Shown in pieces: positions 36,617 to 45,392 of a DNA stretch of 64,000 nt. The first letter of the stretch is position 1. Every line of letters begins with the position of its first letter. Origin of the DNA: a virus; IMG/VR virus record IMGVR_UViG_3300044691_000355, positions 68,773 through 132,772 of that record, one strand, 5' to 3'. The notes below the pieces were generated by a model. That model saw nothing but the letters and a program-made list of their open reading frames with translations, had not been told where the DNA came from and made no database searches. The translations under genes were made by a program, and so were the position numbers.

Positions 36617-38649
36617 AGGCCGGCTCGCTTGAATGCAATTGGATCGCTGGCGCGCATCTCATCGAGGGTCATTGGGGCGAACTTCTTATCGACTTGAAGT
36701 GCTGAAAAGCGCTCCGCTGATAGGCCGCCGTCGCGCAACAGCTTGCCGCGGGTGGGTCCGATCGCGAGGTCTTGGAAATTTGCTGGTTGGGTTTTCAGCC
36801 AATCGTAATAGCTCAAATCCGCAGAGACTTGCTGACCGCCTTCAGCACCTTTGGATGCGCGCGTCGCTCCCTCGTCTAAAAACGCGTACTCGTCTTTCAG
36901 AACCGGGACCATTGTGCAGCGACAGTTGTGCGTTATAATTCCATTCGCGACGTAAAATCCTTTTTCAGTCTCAAGGTTGTACACGTGACCAGAAAACTTA
37001 CGCACTTCAATCCCGACGACGTTGTCAAACTCTACCGCTCCAAAATGCCCACTGGAGATATCTGCGCCAAGCTGCGCATCTCCAAAACCGTCATGTACAG
37101 GGCGCTCACCGAAAAGCACTGCAAGATGTTTTCCAAAAGAGAGATCGCGCAGGGCGCTGTTCCAACCCAGCGAATTCTTTCGCTTTACCGTAGCGGCATT
37201 GGAATGAGCGGCATCCAAAAGAAAACCGGCGTCGGCCGGGTTGCCGTCAAATCCATCTTGCGCAAAAATGGCGTCAGTATTAGGGGGCGGTCGGATCAGC
37301 AACAAGCGAGAATGGATCGCGCAACACCGGAAGAACGCAAGCGGCTCACTAAACCATCGCACGATGCGGCCCGCGGCAGTACGCACACCGAAGAGCATCG
37401 TTGCAAACATGCAAAGACACGAGAGGATCGGCAAACACACATTTCCGAATACGAGAGGCTCCTTGCAATTGCGCTCAAACAACGAGGACTCACGCCCATC
37501 TGCCAAAAAGCGGTTGGTCGCTACAATTGCGATATCGCCATCGATTCCATCGCCGTGGAAATCTTCGGCGGTGGTTGGCACTGGCATGGCGCGCATCTCG
37601 ATGGAAGCGAAAAACGCATACGCTATATCCTCAATGCGGGCTGGCACTTGCTGATGATTCACATCACCGATGACGCTGGTTTCGACGGCATCGCAAACCA
37701 CGTCGTCGCCTTCCGCGATGAGATGCGCAGCGATCCAGCCGCGACTCGTCAATACCGGGTGATTCGCAGTAACGGACAGGCTCTTTCCGCCGGCCGTGCG
37801 AATGACGACAAGATGTCCATCGAATGGGCGTTTACTAACACCCGTGATCTTGTAACGGGACGATACAAGAGCGTCCCCAGGCACGCAATTAATATGGAGG
37901 GGCGGGCGGGGTCCGCGATCAGCGGGGAACTGCCGTAGGTCGAGGCTGCGACAGCTCGGACAGCTTCTTTTATCGAGCACGCTCAACCATTGATACGCCT
38001 TGATGATGTCGGCATTGGCGGCGAATGATTCCAAGCGCGCCACCGTCGCCACATGCTGAACTGCGGTGCGTACAACCGCTTCGGCATGGCGCGAGGTGAC
38101 GTTGAGAAGCCCATCCTGATAGTTGCGCGCATGCGAGCCTCGCAGCTCTGAAATGATCGACTGATTGGTCTTGCCCTCAAACACACCGCGGCGAATCGTG
38201 CCGTTCACGCCGCGAACTTCCGTTTGCGTCCAGTTCTCGATGAATGACTTCAGAAGCGCGCCGCGGCCGCTGCCTTTCACGCCCAATGGCGTTGCAAGAA
38301 TGGCCGCGCGAATCTGCGTGATGCTAGGAATGACGGCATCGAAGGTTGTGGCGGCGTCTAGCGCACCAGATGAAAATCGCGCTTCATGCCGCGCGAATTC
38401 CTCCAAGTTGAGCAGCAGTTGCTTCGAGTAGCGGTTCAGAATCCCATCCATCAACGTATCAACCGTCGATAGCAGTTGCTCCATGCGCTCGCGCGCTAGG
38501 CCGGTGACGCTAGAGTCCGCCATGGCATCGCGCAGCGCGCGGTCCATTTCCTTCAGAAACGGCTTGAACTTCGCGACCTCGCTGCTCGATAGGCGCTGAA
38601 TCAGTACCTGATGACGCAGAAGCGCATCTTGTAGCGGGACGGCGGCCAT
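36613..38649 (-). CDS. MuF/SPP1 gp7-like minor head protein, intein-containing (357 aa after splicing)
   Basis: VRTA, W.SVLDKRSCPSCRSLD, PPLHIN|CRC restored on intein removal. Confidence 0.9.
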   Translation of the reverse strand: MAAVPLQDALLRHQVLIQRLSSSEVAKFKPFLKEMDRALRDAMADSSVTGLARERMEQLLSTVDTLMDGILNRYSKQLLLNLEEFARHEARFSSGALDAATTFDAVIPSITQIRAAILATPLGVKGSGRGALLKSFIENWTQTEVRGVNGTIRRGVFEGKTNQSIISELRGSHARNYQDGLLNVTSRHAEAVVRTAVQHVATVARLESFAANADIIKAYQWLSVLDKRSCPSCRSLDLRQFPADRGPRPPLHINCVPGDALVSSRYKITGVSKRPFDGHLVVIRTAGGKSLSVTANHPVLTSRGWIAAHLIAEGDDVVCDAVETSVIGDVNHQQVPARIEDIAYAFFASIEMRAMPVPTTAEDFHGDGIDGDIAIVATNRFLADGRESSLFERNCKEPLVFGNVCLPILSCLCMFATMLFGVRTAAGRIVRWFSEPLAFFRCCAIHSRLLLIRPPPNTDAIFAQDGFDGNPADAGFLLDAAHSNAATVKRKNSLGWNSALRDLSFGKHLAVLFGERPVHDGFGDAQLGADISSGHFGAVEFDNVVGIEVRKFSGHVYNLETEKGFYVANGIITHNCRCTMVPVLKDEYAFLDEGATRASKGAEGGQQVSADLSYYDWLKTQPANFQDLAIGPTRGKLLRDGGLSAERFSALQVDKKFAPMTLDEMRASDPIAFKRAGL
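36912..36939 (+). promoter_or_regulatory. Candidate antisense sigma70 promoter TTGTGC-N16-TATAAT
   Basis: Perfect TATAAT at 36934-36939, 46 nt before GTG 36985; -35 is weak. Confidence 0.5.
36925..37887 (-). mobile_element. Intein (321 aa, residues 255-575)
   Basis: Block A CVPGDALV, block B TANHPVLT, block F VYNLET, block G GIITHN followed by Cys+1. Confidence 0.92.
36985..37938 (+). CDS. Antisense endonuclease: 2x HTH + NUMOD3-like + DUF559/Vsr-like PD-(D/E)xK domain
   Basis: SEYERLL..QKAVGRYNCDIAIDSIAVEIFGGGWH..AGWHLL; frame open from 36928; AAGG before GTG 36985. Confidence 0.8.
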   Translation: MTRKLTHFNPDDVVKLYRSKMPTGDICAKLRISKTVMYRALTEKHCKMFSKREIAQGAVPTQRILSLYRSGIGMSGIQKKTGVGRVAVKSILRKNGVSIRGRSDQQQARMDRATPEERKRLTKPSHDAARGSTHTEEHRCKHAKTREDRQTHISEYERLLAIALKQRGLTPICQKAVGRYNCDIAIDSIAVEIFGGGWHWHGAHLDGSEKRIRYILNAGWHLLMIHITDDAGFDGIANHVVAFRDEMRSDPAATRQYRVIRSNGQALSAGRANDDKMSIEWAFTNTRDLVTGRYKSVPRHAINMEGRAGSAISGELP

Positions 38650-38852
38650 TATTTGCGCACCTTTGCGCCCCTGGCAAAGCCTTTTCGCTTTTTATTTTTA
38701 AAAGCAGCAATGACTTCCTTTTTCGGATTTACGAGCGACCGCAGCGCTTCATTATCTCCACGACGAATGCCGCGTGTAACAGTAGTTTGCGTGCCTTTGC
38801 CCGCTGGATGATGTTTCTTCTCGCCGCCTGCGTTGAAGTTGGGAATCTTCAT
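38649..38852 (-). CDS. Small basic protein
   Basis: Coupled both sides, Lys/Arg-rich. Confidence 0.55.
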   Translation of the reverse strand: MKIPNFNAGGEKKHHPAGKGTQTTVTRGIRRGDNEALRSLVNPKKEVIAAFKNKKRKGFARGAKVRK

Positions 38853-39187
38853 GGCTCGTCATTCCCGCCGGTATCGACGCAGCGGCCCGCGCGAATGTAT
38901 CCATGCCAGCCGCAGTGCGCAGAGCAGTTGATCGAGGGTGAGAACGTGGGGCACTGCCGATCGCCGTCCCAATCCCACTGCGGCCGGCCGCCGTTATTGC
39001 CTTGAGGGTCGCGCGGAATGTTGTGACCTGAGTTCGCAATCAGCAGATTGCCGCAGGTCATCGGCTCCATGGCAGCATGCCGGTTGCGGTTACCACGTAC
39101 ACAGCGAAACGTGAAGCGCTGCGGCACTTCGCCGGGTGGGCAGTGTTCGGCGTCGAGGCGCAAGAATTGCACGTGCGCTTTGCTCAT
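38849..39187 (-). CDS. DUF6527-like Zn-binding protein
   Basis: WDWDGD..PTFSPSINC..CGWHGYIRAG. Confidence 0.65.
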   Translation of the reverse strand: MSKAHVQFLRLDAEHCPPGEVPQRFTFRCVRGNRNRHAAMEPMTCGNLLIANSGHNIPRDPQGNNGGRPQWDWDGDRQCPTFSPSINCSAHCGWHGYIRAGRCVDTGGNDEP

Positions 39188-39423
39188 TGCCGGATCGCCC
39201 GTCCGATCGGCGTGTCTTTATTGGCCAGCGGGATTTTCAAATCGCAATGCTCGGAACGGCACGAAGGACTCGTTTGCCGATGATCGTTGCAGACAGATTC
39301 CTGCACGTGGTGCATCCACGCCACCACGTCTTCGCCAACACTGCGCTCACGCACGTGAATCTCACGCTCATTCACGCCGCAGTGGCGGCATGTATAGACG
39401 ATGGGGACGGTGATGCCGGTCAT
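39184..39423 (-). CDS. Small Zn-binding protein
   Basis: CRHC...H...SPSC. Confidence 0.6.
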   Translation of the reverse strand: MTGITVPIVYTCRHCGVNEREIHVRERSVGEDVVAWMHHVQESVCNDHRQTSPSCRSEHCDLKIPLANKDTPIGRAIRQ

Positions 39424-39424
39424 G

Positions 39425-39607
39425 TCAATGGCTACTCACGCGTTGCCAAGTTATGGTTTGAATCACCCGCTGGCAGCGCGAACAATGAACGGTGCCGTCA
39501 TCATTCAAGAAGAAAAGTTGCGATTCGCATGCGCCGCACGTCCAGACGCCATCGCGCTCCAGCACGACGCGCTCTATCCCTTTCTCTCTGACCAATGCAC
39601 CGCTCAT
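39425..39607 (-). CDS. Small Zn-ribbon protein
   Basis: WTCGAC..FFL..CSRC; GAGG RBS. Confidence 0.6.
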   Translation of the reverse strand: MSGALVREKGIERVVLERDGVWTCGACESQLFFLNDDGTVHCSRCQRVIQTITWQRVSSH

Positions 39608-39752
39608 GAGCGATTCCTCTTTCGCGCAGCACGCGCAGCCTTAGCTTTGGCGCGACTGGCGGTGCGGCGCTTAGCAAACTCAACGGTTTCACCCAATCGA
39701 CGGTGCTCTTTGGTCAAGCGTATCGGGCCGTGATATTCGCCGGTGAGTACGC

Positions 39753-41381
39753 TCATAGCGCGCCGCCCACGTCATTCGGTTCATTCGGGGCGCCCTCTGA
39801 CTTATTGGCCGCGAGTGCGGTAGGCAACAGCGCGCCACCAAATAACGGTGGTGGCCGTACGGGGTCCTGTGAATCCAGTTCCTCCTGAATCTCTTCGTCC
39901 GTTTTCTCAGGATCAATCAGCTCCATGTTGCGCAGCGCTTGCCAGAAATCGGACTCCGGCAGCTTGCCTGCCTGCACCATGGTTAGCAGCGCTGACAAGG
40001 TTGGCGCATCGATATTCGTGCCCAAGAAGTTCGTGTTGATCTCGAAGGAATTATCATCCGCATCATCATCGCCGTCGGCATTCGCGACAAGCGTCACATT
40101 CTCGAACTTCGCCGCCCACGACAAGCATTTCGAGAGCGCCATCGACACGTTGTTACAACTCAACGTCAGCACCGAATGCGCGCTCGCATCCTCGCTATTT
40201 TGCTGCGTAGCAGTCTTGACGACACCATTGTTGTTGAGTAGTCGCGCGCCCAAGGAAGCCATCTGCTGCTCTTTGTCGAGCATGGCCATGCGCGCGAGCG
40301 TGTTGGGCTGCGCCTGGAGCACACCCGCGGATCCGCCGACTGGAATCGGCAAGATAGAACGCGAGCCGACCACGATGCCTTTTTCCTCGAGGTCAGTGAG
40401 CCAACGCTCATCCATCCCCGACATCCAGAACTGCGGCTGTCCGACGATGTACGCCGAGTCCTCATAATCGGCAGAGTTGCGGTAGTGCGCGATGTTGAGC
40501 GAACACAAATCAAACAGCGGAATGGGTCCGATGTAGTGACTGTTGTTGTGCGCACCAATAAAGGAAAACGGGATTTCATCCCACGGATTTCCGGCACCAT
40601 CAAACACCACGGACGGCCCCTCGTGCATGTACCAGCCTTGCGAGGAGATGCGCCAGAGCTCTTGCGTGTAAACGCGCCCTTTACCGTTCCAGTTCAACGT
40701 CGACAAGGTAGAATCTTCCCAGGGCAAATACGCTGCATCGCCATCGATCAAGCGCAGCACCCGATACTGATCCATGCATGGCGCCACCCACTGCGTATCT
40801 TCTTCCCACGTCTCGCGCAGCACCAAGAGCGCGGTCAGCTGCTTGGCGCCGCGCTTCACGGAGCGCCAGTTGATGATGTCGCGCGCGCCGTAGAAGTTCA
40901 CGATCACGCGTGAATCTCCCGCGATCTGCTGCGCTTTCGACACCAGCCCATTGGTCTGCGGATAATCAACCAGCACACCCGCACGCCCCATTTGCAGCAC
41001 TTCAGCAAGGCATTGCTGCGCAAGCTGCACGAGCGAAAGGCCTGAGCCGGTGATGTCGGTCGACAGGAACTCGAGCGGCGGCGGCAGGGTCAGCGTCGGA
41101 TCTTGATTGAACGCGAGTCCAAGCAACGCCGACAGCGTGCGACCGCTGGCGTTGTAGTAAACGGCGCGTTTGACGTACTGGCTGTAGCGAAGCTTGTTGT
41201 CTTCGGACTTATCGTGCGGATTTGGCTTCGGCAGGTAGCGCTCGGGAAAGAGCTTGACGGCCGCCTCACCAGCGCACGCATCCGCAACCAAGTCCCACTG
41301 CCATAAGTGCATCGCGTATTCGTTGCGCGGCGTCTCGACCGAGTTTGGTCTGACTGAGGCGAGTTCAGCGGGTACGCTCAT
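39753..41381 (-). CDS. Portal protein (DUF4055 type)
   Basis: YLP, RAVYYN, GRAGVLVD, HYRNSADYE, LGARL, KTATQ. Confidence 0.88.
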   Translation of the reverse strand: MSVPAELASVRPNSVETPRNEYAMHLWQWDLVADACAGEAAVKLFPERYLPKPNPHDKSEDNKLRYSQYVKRAVYYNASGRTLSALLGLAFNQDPTLTLPPPLEFLSTDITGSGLSLVQLAQQCLAEVLQMGRAGVLVDYPQTNGLVSKAQQIAGDSRVIVNFYGARDIINWRSVKRGAKQLTALLVLRETWEEDTQWVAPCMDQYRVLRLIDGDAAYLPWEDSTLSTLNWNGKGRVYTQELWRISSQGWYMHEGPSVVFDGAGNPWDEIPFSFIGAHNNSHYIGPIPLFDLCSLNIAHYRNSADYEDSAYIVGQPQFWMSGMDERWLTDLEEKGIVVGSRSILPIPVGGSAGVLQAQPNTLARMAMLDKEQQMASLGARLLNNNGVVKTATQQNSEDASAHSVLTLSCNNVSMALSKCLSWAAKFENVTLVANADGDDDADDNSFEINTNFLGTNIDAPTLSALLTMVQAGKLPESDFWQALRNMELIDPEKTDEEIQEELDSQDPVRPPPLFGGALLPTALAANKSEGAPNEPNDVGGAL

Positions 41382-42832
41382 TACATTGCGGTCCTCAAAT
41401 TGATTGACATAACAGTCGGTTTGGTGGCGAGAATGCGATACTTGGCGGCGTCAAAATCGTGGTCCTCAGAATTCGTATCGACAACATCAGGATCCTGTTT
41501 GTCCCTCGGTAGCACGGGCCAATGCGCAAGCGCGGCCCGGCAATGCTCCATGATGTACAGCGCGGCATCCTCCGGGCGGGCTTTCCCGGCTTCCCGAATT
41601 CGTGCCCGCATCAGCTCGAGGCCGATCTTTCTGGTACCGGGCGACTTATCGCTTTTCTCCCAACTGACGCCCTCTTTCAGCATCTCATCGGCAATCGTTG
41701 GGGTTCCTGGCATATTGACGGCACTGATCTGGTTGTCAGCAGGACCGGGCCGGGGATGACTCGCAAACCATTTCGCCGTGACCAATTCCAACTCCCGCGC
41801 CTTGATGCCCTTCGCGACATCCCGCGGCGACATTTTTATTCCCTTGTTGGTTTCTCCGGCCAGCGCGCCGTACCACTCATGCGCAAGAATCAGCGAGCCC
41901 TTCGGTGGGCAGAACACCCGGGCGTCGGGGAGCCTCGCTTCCGTCCCATCTGCCTGGCCCCACCACAGCACCGAGAAAGGATGCGAGCCACCCCAGTCGT
42001 GCGAGCGATCCAGGCGCCAGGAATGCGGGATGGCGAACCGCGGCAGTATCAACCGCTCGCTCCACACGTCATCGAGTGCGCCGCCGGCGACGATGTTCCA
42101 GTCGCCCCCGAGCATCGCCTTCACCAGCGCGGCATTGCCTAAGCCTGCAAGGCGATCCTCATACCCCGAGTTGTAGGTAATCGGGTTGTCCTTGAGCAGC
42201 GCCGGGATGAACTGGCGAAGCATGCCGCCTTCTTTCGCGGGCATCCGTGAGATGGCCATCGGAGCGGCGAGGTCCACAAATGCGGCCTTGACCCAGTTGT
42301 GCCCAATGCCGCCGGGGTTTGTTCCGGCCAGCATCCGCGGGAATTGGCCGCGAAATTGCTCCGGGATATCCAAACTGCCCAACCGCAACCGGCCGCGCAA
42401 GAATCGATACATCGAATCCGGCCAGTGCGTAATTTCGTCGATCATCAGGACGTGGATGTCAGCGCCCTGGTAATTGAAAACATCCTTCTCGTGCTGGCAG
42501 TGGCACAAGTGGATCCGCGAGCCGTTCCAAAAGCTGATCCCGCGCCGCTCGCCGCCGAAGTTCACCGAAGCAATCTTGTCCTCAATCCACGGCGCCAAAA
42601 GCTCGAGGAAGCTGCCAGCGCCTTCCATGTGGTTCTGCCACAGTTCCGGGAAGGTCCGCCGGAACAGGTACACCTGCAGGCCTGGTATCGCGCCACACCA
42701 GATAATCGCAGCCACTCGCATCAAATAACTTTTGCCCGGGCCAGCAGCGCCGCCGAATAAAACCTCAGTCGCTTTTGACTGGAGCGCCTGCACCTGCTTC
42801 GGGAACATCCCCAAGTTCAGTTCTGCTGCCAT
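41381..42832 (-). CDS. terL: Terminase large subunit
   Basis: GGAAGPGKS, YQG, IDE, NPGG, GDW, EDHDFDAAKY. Confidence 0.93.
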   Translation of the reverse strand: MAAELNLGMFPKQVQALQSKATEVLFGGAAGPGKSYLMRVAAIIWCGAIPGLQVYLFRRTFPELWQNHMEGAGSFLELLAPWIEDKIASVNFGGERRGISFWNGSRIHLCHCQHEKDVFNYQGADIHVLMIDEITHWPDSMYRFLRGRLRLGSLDIPEQFRGQFPRMLAGTNPGGIGHNWVKAAFVDLAAPMAISRMPAKEGGMLRQFIPALLKDNPITYNSGYEDRLAGLGNAALVKAMLGGDWNIVAGGALDDVWSERLILPRFAIPHSWRLDRSHDWGGSHPFSVLWWGQADGTEARLPDARVFCPPKGSLILAHEWYGALAGETNKGIKMSPRDVAKGIKARELELVTAKWFASHPRPGPADNQISAVNMPGTPTIADEMLKEGVSWEKSDKSPGTRKIGLELMRARIREAGKARPEDAALYIMEHCRAALAHWPVLPRDKQDPDVVDTNSEDHDFDAAKYRILATKPTVMSINLRTAM

Positions 42833-43295
42833 CTTTCATCACCACGTTGATGACAGGAATGAGGGGGATACCGTCCTTACCGGTCAGTTCGTGAACCTGC
42901 TTGGCCCGCCACTCTTCACCGCGCCGATTGGTGAGCCACAAGGTTGCCGCACCGACATCCGGCGGCACATGTTCGGTGTAGGGCACGATGACCGGCACGC
43001 CCTCGTATTGCATGATCTTCACCGCCGCGTGCGAGTAGCCAACCGCGCGGTGGTAGAGGGATGATTCGACTCGATCGTCGGATAATTCCTTGCCCACCTT
43101 GAGCGCCTGACTAAATTCTGGGAATAGCGCTTTCCATCGGTAGAGGGTCCGGACACAAACGCCTAGGTCCTCGGCCACCTCAAAATCAGTTGCTCCGCCG
43201 ATGCACAGATTCGCCGCACGCTGACAGAACTCAGGCTCGTAGTCGGTTGGTCTGCCGACCGGAAGCAGGTCCTCCGGATCCTTTGGCTGGGTCAT
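42765..43295 (-). CDS. terS: Terminase small subunit
   Basis: GRPTDY, HTH, LYHRAVGY, PPDVGAATLWLTNR. Confidence 0.88.
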   Translation of the reverse strand: MTQPKDPEDLLPVGRPTDYEPEFCQRAANLCIGGATDFEVAEDLGVCVRTLYRWKALFPEFSQALKVGKELSDDRVESSLYHRAVGYSHAAVKIMQYEGVPVIVPYTEHVPPDVGAATLWLTNRRGEEWRAKQVHELTGKDGIPLIPVINVVMKDGSRTELGDVPEAGAGAPVKSD

Positions 43296-43298
43296 GAA

Positions 43299-43523
43299 TC
43301 AACCCGTTATCTTGGCGACCGCCGCCAGTATCGCCGCGGCATCCAGTGCGGAACGATCGGCAGCTTCGGTTCGTTCTTGAGCTTTACCAGCCAACCAGCT
43401 CGCTAGTTCCTCAGGTGGAAACCCCACGAAACTATCCTCGACCGGCGCTTTGAACATACGCACCGCGAACAGCGCAGCGGTCAAAAGCGCTAATTGCTCC
43501 TGTGAGCTGAGATCCTCCGCCAT
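43299..43523 (-). CDS. Small hypothetical protein
   Basis: GGAG RBS before ATG 43523. Confidence 0.5.
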   Translation of the reverse strand: MAEDLSSQEQLALLTAALFAVRMFKAPVEDSFVGFPPEELASWLAGKAQERTEAADRSALDAAAILAAVAKITG

Positions 43524-43541
43524 ATCAACCACTCCGAAGGT

Positions 43542-43567
43542 AAAAAAGAGCCGACATTCATCGGCTC
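43542..43567 (-). terminator. Intrinsic terminator in late leader
   Basis: GAGCCGA-TGAATG-TCGGCTC-TTTTTT. Confidence 0.75.
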
Positions 43568-43776
43568 CAAGGTTTGGGACCGCTCGCACAGAAGGGGATG
43601 GGAAATCTGTCGATCCCAAAAACAGTTATGAAAACCCCACGGCCCGTACATGCTTGGGCTCGCGGCTGTGCCGCTCCAATTCCCTCACGGTATTTTGGAG
43701 ATGTTGAGCCATTGCAGTTATGTGCGCCGTGGGATTTGGTCAACGAAATCAGTCGAACCAGCCGCTCCTGAAACGC

Positions 43777-43806
43777 AAAAAGCCACGCTTTTTAGGCGCG
43801 GCTTTC
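43777..43806 (-). terminator. tR'-like terminator just downstream of late promoter
   Basis: AAAGCCGCGC-loop-GCGTGGCTTTTT. Confidence 0.6.
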
Positions 43807-44208
43807 GGTTCCAAATCCTGAAGAGACAGTTTTTGAGCTTGCGCGCTTTATACCCCCTGATGGTGCGCCGACGCAAGGGTTTCGCGCCAATTCGTGATGG
43901 ACTGCTACTTCGGCACGCTTTAGACGCTTCATCGCCGACCATCGACTACGTCCCAATCTTTGCCCTATTTTGCTGAAAGATCGGTGCCGTTGGTAGCGCT
44001 GAATGATCACGTCGCGATCCTCGTACGGCACGCGGCAGATGGCTTCCTCAATCAGCCAGACATCTGGCGGCACGTTGCCCAAGCCTATCAGCGGACTTCG
44101 CAACGCGCGGTTGCCGAAACCTGGGCTATCGACCGGATATCCGATGTGGTGCGCTTCGCCCCAGTTGGCCCAGGCCACCAGGAGCTTGATCGTGCCGATC
44201 ACGCTCAT
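43792..44208 (-). CDS. Q-like antiterminator / late regulator
   Basis: L..WANW N-term, sigma-4-like HTH C-term, position before late operon. Confidence 0.65.
   Translation of the reverse strand: MSVIGTIKLLVAWANWGEAHHIGYPVDSPGFGNRALRSPLIGLGNVPPDVWLIEEAICRVPYEDRDVIIQRYQRHRSFSKIGQRLGRSRWSAMKRLKRAEVAVHHELARNPCVGAPSGGIKRASSKTVSSGFGTESRA
43847..43876 (-). promoter_or_regulatory. Candidate late promoter (pR'-like) TTGCGT-N18-TATAAA
   Basis: At 3' end of Q-like gene, followed by terminators then terminase genes. Confidence 0.5.
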
Positions 44209-44705
44209 GCGACAGTCACCAAAGACAGTTGCGCTTGCTCGACTTGACGAATCTCGATGCGCACACCCGGCGAGTTAAGCGCGTCGACATCCTCACCAGG
44301 ATATACTTTGGCCAAACGAGAATATTCAACCACCCTCGCGTCATCTGCCCAAATTCCTGCAGTTGTGAGTGCGTCACAAGTGGACCGCGCCAACTTATCC
44401 AAATCGGGAGTACGCATCGGCCACGTGCGCTTGCGTTTCGGCGCTGACTGCGGCTTGGGCATCGTGAACACCATGCGAACGATAAGCGCGCCGTCGAGTG
44501 GCGCAGCACCGTTCTTCGCTTCGATCGCTGCGGCCACAACGTCTTGGCGCCACGGGCGAACTTTTTTAGACGACTCTACGAGCTTCGCGTGTTCGCGACC
44601 GTCTTTGCCGGTGAACGTGCCGACATAGCGTTTTGACCCCTGAGGTCCTGGTGAACCCATAACGATTATGAGCATTGAACGCTCGCTAGTTTCCTCTGTC
44701 TCCAT
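44205..44705 (-). CDS. rusA: RusA Holliday junction resolvase
   Basis: PQGSKR, PDLDKL..DALT..DDARVV. Confidence 0.88.
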   Translation of the reverse strand: METEETSERSMLIIVMGSPGPQGSKRYVGTFTGKDGREHAKLVESSKKVRPWRQDVVAAAIEAKNGAAPLDGALIVRMVFTMPKPQSAPKRKRTWPMRTPDLDKLARSTCDALTTAGIWADDARVVEYSRLAKVYPGEDVDALNSPGVRIEIRQVEQAQLSLVTVA

Positions 44706-45151
44706 TGACGCAAATAAGCAATCCGCGCTTCACGAGTCGCCTCGTTGTACTCAGCCAAGCACACTGGGCAACGCCTTTGATGGCCGTTGTGAACAAACGC
44801 ATGACCTTTTACGCAAGTCATTCGTCCAGCGGGAGTGAGCGGCGAACGCAATAAATTTTCTAAGTAAGTTACAGGCTCAAGATGATTTGGATTTACGCAA
44901 TGGCGAATCCTGCACAGATGATCTAACAATAAACCTGAAGGTGTAACACCACGCAACAGCTTATAAAGCAACACATGTGCCTGATAGGTTTTATTGTTCA
45001 GGCTTGCCCAGCCATAACCATCATCACTCTTCGATCTAGTCCACAACCAACAATCACCAGGACCAGCGGCTATATTGCGGCGTATATGACGTGGCAGCGA
45101 TTCTGGCAATGTGGTTGATTGCCACTCTGTCAACGGCAGAGGTTTACTCAT
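44666..45151 (-). CDS. HNH endonuclease (free-standing, lower GC)
   Basis: CWLW, GYG, DHLC..CVNPNHLEPVT..EN, C.KGH. Confidence 0.88.
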   Translation of the reverse strand: MSKPLPLTEWQSTTLPESLPRHIRRNIAAGPGDCWLWTRSKSDDGYGWASLNNKTYQAHVLLYKLLRGVTPSGLLLDHLCRIRHCVNPNHLEPVTYLENLLRSPLTPAGRMTCVKGHAFVHNGHQRRCPVCLAEYNEATREARIAYLRQWRQRKLASVQCS

Positions 45152-45193
45152 ACCACCCCCGTTTCTGGCATGCCGTGAACGATAATGAGCATT

Positions 45194-45391
45194 TTATTTC
45201 TTGGGCTCACTGGTCTGGATTACCCAATCAAGGAATTTCAAGAAAACGGCGACCGGCAGATAGATCCAAAACAGAAATATCTGCAGATCCCCGGCGCCGC
45301 TGTGCTTGAGCAACCAGTAAAGCAGGTAATACCAAATCGGCACGACGATCATGAGCGTGAGCAGACTGGATATTATTTTTGCAGCTTTCAT
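45194..45391 (-). CDS. Small two-TM membrane protein
   Basis: GAGG RBS, hydrophobic segments. Confidence 0.6.
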   Translation of the reverse strand: MKAAKIISSLLTLMIVVPIWYYLLYWLLKHSGAGDLQIFLFWIYLPVAVFLKFLDWVIQTSEPKK

Positions 45392-45392
45392 C

